Shown: positions 55,501 through 64,000 of the stretch, in pieces
How positions within the stretch are numbered: the first letter of the stretch is position 1
Layout: the number at the start of each line of letters is the position of its first letter
Sequence record: NC_027349.1
Reading direction: 5' to 3' (one strand)
DNA: 64,000 nt
Origin: Escherichia phage HY01
Position numbers and translations under genes: made by a program
The notes under the pieces: model-generated
Seen by the model: the letters and a program-made list of their open reading frames with translations, nothing else
Databases searched by the model: none
Told to the model about the DNA's origin: nothing

Positions 55501-56411
55501 TTGAAGTTAGTGATGAAACATCTTATCACTTTTATTCTCAACGCGATAAAGATGGTAATATAGCATTTAGCATTAATGGTACTGTAATGCCAATAAATGT
55601 GAATGCTTTAGGTTCTTTGAACGCGAACGGCGTTGCAACATTCGGTAGTTCAGTTACTGCTAATGGCGAATTTATCAGTAAATCGTCGAATGCTTTTAGA
55701 GCAATAAACGGTGATTATGGATTCTTTATTCGTAATGATGCTGCTAACACCTATTTTATGCTTACTGCATCTGGCGATCAGACTGGTGGATTTAATGGAT
55801 TACGTCCATTATCAATTAATAATCAATCTGGTCAAGTAACGATTGGTGAAAGCTTAATCATTGCCAAAGGTGCTACTATAACTTCAGGTGGTTTAACTGT
55901 CAACTCGAGAATTCGTTCTCAGGGTACTAAAACCTCTGATTTATATACTCGTGCGCCGACATCTGATACTGTAGGATTCTGGTCAATCGATATTAATGAT
56001 TCAGCCACTTATAACCAGTTCCCGGGTTATTTTAAGATGGTTGAAAAAACTAATGAAGTGACTGGACTTCCATACTTAGAACGTGGCGAAGAAGTTAAAT
56101 CTCCTGGTACATTGACTCAGTTTGGTAACACACTCGATTCGCTTTACCAAGATTGGATTACTTATCCAACGACCCCAGAAGCACGCACCACTCGCTGGAC
56201 ACGCACATGGCAGAAAACCAAAAACTCTTGGTCAAGTTTTGTTCAGGTATTTGATGGGGGTAACCCTCCTCAACCGTCTGATATCGGTGCTTTACCATCT
56301 GATAATGCTATAATGGGGAATCTTACTATTCGCGATTTCTTACGAATTGGTAATGTTCGCATTATTCCTGACCCAGTGAATAAAACGGTTAAATTTGAAT
56401 GGGTTGAATAA
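52539..56411 (+). CDS. 34: Long tail fibre proximal subunit gp34 (1290 aa)
   Basis: Size/position as T4 gp34; internal 39-40 aa repeats; late promoter upstream. Confidence 0.9.
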   Translation: MAEIKRKFRAEDGLDAGGDKIINVALADRAVGTDGVNVDYLIQENTVQQYDPTRGYLKDFVIIYDNRFWAAINDIPKPAGAFNSVRWRALRTDANWTTVSSGPYQLKSGESISVDTAAGNDITFTLPSSPIDGDTIVLQDIGGKPGVNQVLIVAPVQSIVNFRGEQVRSVLMTHPKSQIVLIFSNRLWQMYVADYSREAVVVTPASLYQAQSNDFIVRRFTSAAAINIKLPRFANHGDIINFVDLDKLNPLYHTIVTTYDETTSVQEVGTHSIEGRTSIDGFLMYDDNEKLWRLFDGDSKARLRIITTNSNIRPNEEVMVFGANNGTTQTIELQLPTDISTGDTVKISMNYMRKGQTVKIKAAGEDKIASSVQLLQFPKRSEYPPEAEWVTAQELVFNGETNYVPVLQLAYIEDSDGKYWVVQQNVPTVERVDSLNNSTRARLGVIALATQAQANVDLENSPQKELAITPETLANRTATETRRGIARIATTAQVNQDTTFSFADDIIITPKKLNERTATETRRGVAEIATQQETNTGTDDTTIITPKKLQARQGSESLSGIVTFVSTAGATPASSRELNGTNVYNKNTNNLVVSPKALDQYKATPTQQGAVILAVESEVIAGQSQEGWANAVVTPETLHKKTSTDGRIGLIEIATQSEVNTGTDYTRAVTPKTLNDRKATESLSGIAEIATQVEFDAGVDDTRISTPLKIKTRFNSTDRTSVVALSGLVESGTLWDHYTLNILEANETQRGTLRVATQVEAAAGTLDNVLITPKKLLGTKSTEAQEGVIKVATQSETVVGTSANTAVSPKNLKWIVQSEPTWAATTLVRGFVKTSSGSITFVGNDTVGSTQSLELYEKNSYAVSPYELNRVLANYLPLKAKAVDSNLLDGLDSSQFIRRDIAQTVNGSLTLTQQTNLSAPLVSSSTATFGGSVSANSTLTISNTDGTATRLIFEKGPQTGTNPAQTMTVSVWGNQFSGESNTTRSTVFEVSDETSYHFYSQRDKDGNIAFSINGTVMPINVNALGSLNANGVATFGSSVTANGEFISKSSNAFRAINGDYGFFIRNDAANTYFMLTASGDQTGGFNGLRPLSINNQSGQVTIGESLIIAKGATITSGGLTVNSRIRSQGTKTSDLYTRAPTSDTVGFWSIDINDSATYNQFPGYFKMVEKTNEVTGLPYLERGEEVKSPGTLTQFGNTLDSLYQDWITYPTTPEARTTRWTRTWQKTKNSWSSFVQVFDGGNPPQPSDIGALPSDNAIMGNLTIRDFLRIGNVRIIPDPVNKTVKFEWVE
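53967..54185 (+). repeat. Tandem coding repeats within gene 34 (period about 117-120 bp)
   Basis: ACTGCTACAGAAACTCGTAGAGGT at 53967 and 54087; ATCATCACTCCTAAAAAGCT at 54055 and 54165. Confidence 0.7.
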
Positions 56412-56419
56412 GAGGTATT

Positions 56420-57535
56420 ATGGAAAAATTTATGGCAGAGTTTGGACAAGGATATGTCCAAACGCCATTTTTATCGGAAAGTAATTCAGTAAGATATAAA
56501 ATAAGCATAGCGGGTTCTTGCCCGCTTTCTACAGCAGGACCATATGTCAAATTTCAGGATAATCCTATCGGAAGTCAAACATTTAACGCAGGTCTTCATT
56601 TAAGAGTTTTTGACCCTTCTACGGGAACATTAGTTGATAGTAAGTCATATGCTTTTTCGACATCAAATGATACTACGTCAGCTGCTTTTGTTAGCTTCAT
56701 GAACTCTTTGACGAATAATAGACTTGTTGCTATATTAACTAGCGGAAAGGTTAATTTTCCTCCTGAAGTAGTATCTTGGCTAAGAGCCGTGGGAACGTCT
56801 GCTTTTCCATCTGATTCTATATTGTCAAGATTTGACGTATCATATGCTGCTTTTTACACTTCTTCTAAAAGAGCTATTGCATTAGAACATGTTAAATTAA
56901 GTAATAGAAAAAGCACAGATGATTATCAAACTATTTTAGATGTTGTATTTGACAGTTTAGAAGACGTTGGAGCTACAGGATTTCCTAAAAGAACATATGA
57001 AAGCGTCGAGCAATTTATGTCAGCGGTCGGTGGAACTAATAACGAAATTGCACGTTTACCAACTTCATCCGCGATAAGTAAATTATCTGATTATAATTTA
57101 ATTCCTGGCGATGTTCTTTATCTTAAAGCACAGCTATATGCTGATGCCGATTTACTTGCGCTTGGAACTACAAATATATCTATCCGTTTTTATGATGAAT
57201 CGAATGGATATATTTCTTCAACACATGCTGAGTTTACTGGACAAGCTGGGTCATGGGAATTAAAGGAAGACTATGTAGTTATTCCAGAAACCGCAGCGGG
57301 ATTTACAATATATGCACAAAGAACTGCTCAAGCTGGTCAAGGCGGCATGAGAAATTTAAGCTTTTCTGAAGTATCAAGAAATGGCGGAATTTCAAAACCT
57401 GCCGAATTTGGCGTCAATGGTATTCGAGTTAATTATGTCTGTGAATCTGCTTCACCTCCGGATATAATGGTACTTCCTACGCAAGCATCGTCTAAAACTG
57501 GTAAAGTGTTTGGACAAGAATTTAGAGAAGTTTAA
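56420..57535 (+). CDS. 35: Long tail fibre hinge protein gp35 (371 aa)
   Basis: Size/position as T4 gp35. Confidence 0.85.
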   Translation: MEKFMAEFGQGYVQTPFLSESNSVRYKISIAGSCPLSTAGPYVKFQDNPIGSQTFNAGLHLRVFDPSTGTLVDSKSYAFSTSNDTTSAAFVSFMNSLTNNRLVAILTSGKVNFPPEVVSWLRAVGTSAFPSDSILSRFDVSYAAFYTSSKRAIALEHVKLSNRKSTDDYQTILDVVFDSLEDVGATGFPKRTYESVEQFMSAVGGTNNEIARLPTSSAISKLSDYNLIPGDVLYLKAQLYADADLLALGTTNISIRFYDESNGYISSTHAEFTGQAGSWELKEDYVVIPETAAGFTIYAQRTAQAGQGGMRNLSFSEVSRNGGISKPAEFGVNGIRVNYVCESASPPDIMVLPTQASSKTGKVFGQEFREV

Positions 57536-57540
57536 ATTGA

Positions 57541-57574
57541 GGGAGCCTTCGGGTTCCCTTTTTCTTTATAAATA
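57541..57574 (+). terminator. Terminator after gene 35 followed by late promoter TATAAATA (57567-57574) for gene 36
   Basis: GGGAGCC-TTCG-GGTTCCC plus T-run, then TATAAATA. Confidence 0.6.
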
Positions 57575-57597
57575 CTATTAAAATAAAGGGGCATACA

Positions 57598-58254
57598 ATG
57601 GCTGATTTAAAAGTAGGTTCAACAACTGGAGGCTCTGTCATTTGGCATCAAGGAAATTTTCCATTGAATCCAGCCGGTGACGATGTACTCTACAAATCAT
57701 TTAAAATATATTCAGAATATAATAAACCACAGGCAGCTGATAACGATTTCGTTTCTAAAGCTAATGGTGGTACGTATTTAAATAAAGTAATTTTTAATAA
57801 AGGAATGACTGTTCCTGGTGCAGGGTCAGGTGACAATGGTATTTTTGCTGGTCCTGGTGATAATGCCACGTATGATACTACAAATATGGATATTGTTTCG
57901 TGGTATGGTATTGGTTTTAAATCATCACAAGGAACAGCAGGTAGAACTGTAGTAATTAACACACGAAATGGAGATATTAGCTCAAAGGGTGTAATTGAAG
58001 CATCACAAATACGCGCAACTTCATTATCACCAGTAAATAATTATGACCTTACACGGAAAGATTATGTTGATGGAGCAATAAATATCGTTACAGCAAACGC
58101 AAACTCTAGAGTATTACGCTCTGGAGACACTATGACAGGAAATTTAACTGCGCCAAACCTTTTTTCACAGAATCCTGCATCTCAACCCTCGCATGTTCCA
58201 CGATTTGATCAAATTGTTATTAAGGATTCTGTTCAAGATTTCGGCTATTATTAA
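57598..58254 (+). CDS. 36: Long tail fibre distal connector gp36 (218 aa)
   Basis: Size/position as T4 gp36; late promoter upstream. Confidence 0.85.
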   Translation: MADLKVGSTTGGSVIWHQGNFPLNPAGDDVLYKSFKIYSEYNKPQAADNDFVSKANGGTYLNKVIFNKGMTVPGAGSGDNGIFAGPGDNATYDTTNMDIVSWYGIGFKSSQGTAGRTVVINTRNGDISSKGVIEASQIRATSLSPVNNYDLTRKDYVDGAINIVTANANSRVLRSGDTMTGNLTAPNLFSQNPASQPSHVPRFDQIVIKDSVQDFGYY

Positions 58255-58262
58255 GAGGACTT

Positions 58263-61812
<3,550 letters not shown>

Positions 61813-61842
61813 TTTGAATAAATATCCTTAAAAGGAGGGTCT

Positions 61843-62499
61843 ATGGCAGCACCTAGAATATCATTTTCGCCCTCTGATATTCTGTTGGGTGTTCTAGATC
61901 GCTTGTTCAAAGATAACGCTACCGGGAAGGTTCTTGCTTCCCGGGTAGCTGTCGTAATTCTTTTGTTTATAATGGCGATTGTTTGGTATAGGGGAGATAG
62001 TTTCTTTGAGTACTATAAGCAATCAAAGTATGAAACATACCGTGAAATTATTGAAAAGGAAAGAAATGCACGCTTTGAATCTGTCGCCCTGGAACAACTC
62101 CAGATAGTTCATATATCATCTGAGGCAGACTTTAGTGCGGTGTATTCTTTCCGCCCTAAAAACTTAAACTATTTTGTTGATATTATAGCATACGAAGGAA
62201 AATTACCTTCAACAATAAGTGAAAAATCACTTGGAGGATATCCTGTTGATAAAACTATGGATGAATATGCAGTTCATTTAAATGGACGTCATTATTATTC
62301 CAACTCAAAATTTGCTTTTTTACCAACTAAAAAGCCTACTCCCGAAATAAATTACATGTACAGTTGTCCATATTTCAATTTGGATAATATCTATGCTGGA
62401 ACAATAACCATGTACTGGTATAGAAATGATCATATAAGTAATGACCGCCTTGAATCAATATGTGCTCAGGCGGCCAGAATATTAGGAAGGGCTAAATAA
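61843..62499 (+). CDS. t: Holin T (218 aa)
   Basis: Single N-terminal TM helix (VAVVILLFIMAIVWY) and large C-terminal domain; sequence as T4 T. Confidence 0.85.
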   Translation: MAAPRISFSPSDILLGVLDRLFKDNATGKVLASRVAVVILLFIMAIVWYRGDSFFEYYKQSKYETYREIIEKERNARFESVALEQLQIVHISSEADFSAVYSFRPKNLNYFVDIIAYEGKLPSTISEKSLGGYPVDKTMDEYAVHLNGRHYYSNSKFAFLPTKKPTPEINYMYSCPYFNLDNIYAGTITMYWYRNDHISNDRLESICAQAARILGRAK

Positions 62500-62772
62500 T
62501 TATTTGTTTGTATACATCTCTAGATATCGATATACACCCTCAAAACCCTCGTTGAATTCGTCGATGAGGGTTTTCTTATCTTCTTGAGTTAATTCAGAAA
62601 CAATTTTACGGAATGAATTCTGATTTAACTTTCTACCTTCATGCGTTACTCCAATCTCATTCAGAAATGCAATAAAATTAGCACGATTCTCAACAATATC
62701 TTCTCTGGAAAATTTAATCAAAATAGACGCAACAGTAATAATTTCACGAACTGTATCAATATTTTTATTCAT
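62500..62772 (-). CDS. asiA: AsiA anti-sigma70 factor (90 aa)
   Basis: Sequence as T4 AsiA as recalled (MNKNIDTVREIITVASILIKF...). Confidence 0.8.
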   Translation of the reverse strand: MNKNIDTVREIITVASILIKFSREDIVENRANFIAFLNEIGVTHEGRKLNQNSFRKIVSELTQEDKKTLIDEFNEGFEGVYRYLEMYTNK

Positions 62773-62781
62773 TAACTATAC

Positions 62782-62937
62782 CACTCAATTAGTTGACTTT
62801 ACTATAATATCATCAGACGCTTGATTTGTAAACTGGTCTGTGGTATTTTCTTCAAAAATTTTTTCTACGAATTCCTTGAACGACTTACGTTCCTGAGCTA
62901 TATTATGCTCGATTACTTTTTCAAGATTATGACTCAT
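62782..62937 (-). CDS. Small ORF, 51 aa, absent from ORF track
   Basis: ATG 62937 overlaps upstream stop (ATGA); contains the asiA early promoter. Confidence 0.3.
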
Positions 62938-63212
62938 TCGAAATAATCTTCAATTTCATAATCAAGAACATAAATCATTATAGTTTTTAATACATCATCA
63001 ATACTTTTTCCTGGAGCTGGAATTACGTAAAAATATCCCGCCTTTGAGGTATCTTTATAAGTTCCAACCAAGAAATCATTATTTTCAAGATGCAGTTCTT
63101 CAACCAATTCATTAACAATTGAGTGGTATAAATTTGGTAGAAACTTATATAGCTTTTCTAAAATATCAATTTTGATTGTATATTGAACCACAGATTGAGA
63201 ATCAATAATCAT
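62934..63212 (-). CDS. Small acidic protein, 92 aa (possibly Arn anti-restriction protein)
   Basis: Acidic 92-aa ORF at the position where T4 arn lies; identity not confirmed from sequence. Confidence 0.4.
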   Translation of the reverse strand: MIIDSQSVVQYTIKIDILEKLYKFLPNLYHSIVNELVEELHLENNDFLVGTYKDTSKAGYFYVIPAPGKSIDDVLKTIMIYVLDYEIEDYFE

Positions 63213-63295
63213 AGACCTTCCCCTTATGTTTCTGTTTGCGATTAGATTCTTTGAACGCTTTCCTTTTATCCTTATGGACAGAAGCTCTATTAAAA

Positions 63296-63514
63296 TTATG
63301 TTTTGCGACTAAATTGTTCATAATGCTGAATTACCTCTCTTAAACATTTGCATGTGAATGAAAACTTTTTAGCTACACCACATTCAAATATATGTTCTCT
63401 TAAATCACGTGTATCAGTATATCCCATCTCAACAATAAAATGCCGTATTAGATTTTTATCTTTATCATTGAGAGAATTAAAATAATCGGATTTTGAATTA
63501 ATTTCCCTGGCCAA
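63296..63514 (-). CDS. Hypothetical protein, 72 aa
   Basis: ORF. Confidence 0.4.
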   Translation of the reverse strand: MAREINSKSDYFNSLNDKDKNLIRHFIVEMGYTDTRDLREHIFECGVAKKFSFTCKCLREVIQHYEQFSRKT

Positions 63515-63794
63515 ATTGAATCACCTTCAGTTGACGTTTTAGTTCTTTTATCATTTCTTCGTTCATCGCAATATAAAGATCACGTAAAGCAGGTTTTAGC
63601 ATTCCATTTACTGGAGAACTAAATGGACATACATAATCTTTTCCTACAAGCTTTTTAGTTAATTCCATGTCACAAAACTGAAATGCTGGTTCATTGGCAT
63701 AAATTCCCCAATTAGTTGACATCATTTTATTGGCATATTCCAATGCCTGGATTTGATTCATAATTCCATCAATTTGAAACTTTTTAATATTCAT
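63498..63794 (-). CDS. Hypothetical protein, 98 aa
   Basis: ORF. Confidence 0.4.
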   Translation of the reverse strand: MNIKKFQIDGIMNQIQALEYANKMMSTNWGIYANEPAFQFCDMELTKKLVGKDYVCPFSSPVNGMLKPALRDLYIAMNEEMIKELKRQLKVIQFGQGN

Positions 63795-63988
63795 TAGTAA
63801 AGGTCCTCAGAGTAAAGTTCTTTTTCACTACCACCGCGTTCAATACGTACTTGTCCAGCGTAAGTTGCAATAATCATTGCTTCTTCACGTGTCCAATAAT
63901 TACTATATTGGTCAATAAACCCTTGATCATCATCACAAACTTGCTGAGTAACTAATTGAGGTTTAACTACATCTAAAACTTCGGCCAT
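63794..63988 (-). CDS. Hypothetical acidic protein, 64 aa
   Basis: ORF. Confidence 0.4.
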   Translation of the reverse strand: MAEVLDVVKPQLVTQQVCDDDQGFIDQYSNYWTREEAMIIATYAGQVRIERGGSEKELYSEDLY

Positions 63989-64000
63989 GTCTTTAGAATA

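Overview
This window is a contiguous segment of a T4-like (T-even, Tequatrovirus-type) myovirus genome; there are no rRNA, tRNA or CRISPR features. Gene order and protein sequences match the T4 map as I recall it: late structural genes 18(partial)-19-20-67-68-21-22-23-24 on +; rnlB-24.2-24.3-hoc-inh on -; uvsW/uvsW.1 on +; uvsY and baseplate genes 25-26 on -; 51-27-28-29-48-54 on +; a long minus-strand early/middle block (alt region, DNA ligase 30, 30.x ORFs, rIII, 31, cd, pseT, spanin pair, alc, rnlA, denA, nrdB, nrdA, td, frd, 32, 59, 33, dsbA, rnh); tail-fibre genes 34-35-36-37-38 and holin t on +; asiA and small early ORFs on -. It is not T4 itself. The most interesting departures are: (1) nrdA is split into two ORFs by an HNH homing-endonuclease gene; (2) two tandem, internally diverged Alt-type ADP-ribosyltransferase paralogs; (3) a T2-type receptor-recognition module (gp37 with a C-terminal self-cleaving chaperone domain plus a glycine-rich gp38 adhesin); (4) an extra ORF between frd and td, and two between td and nrdA; (5) a 54-bp early-promoter cassette duplicated 15.7 kb apart; (6) no segD/segE and intronless td/nrdB, but a GIY-YIG Seg-like gene upstream of gene 32. 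I found no clearly novel multi-gene system; the best candidates for undescribed biology are the hypothetical-ORF islands and the insertions listed in the findings. All comparisons to T4 are from memory and no database search was run.
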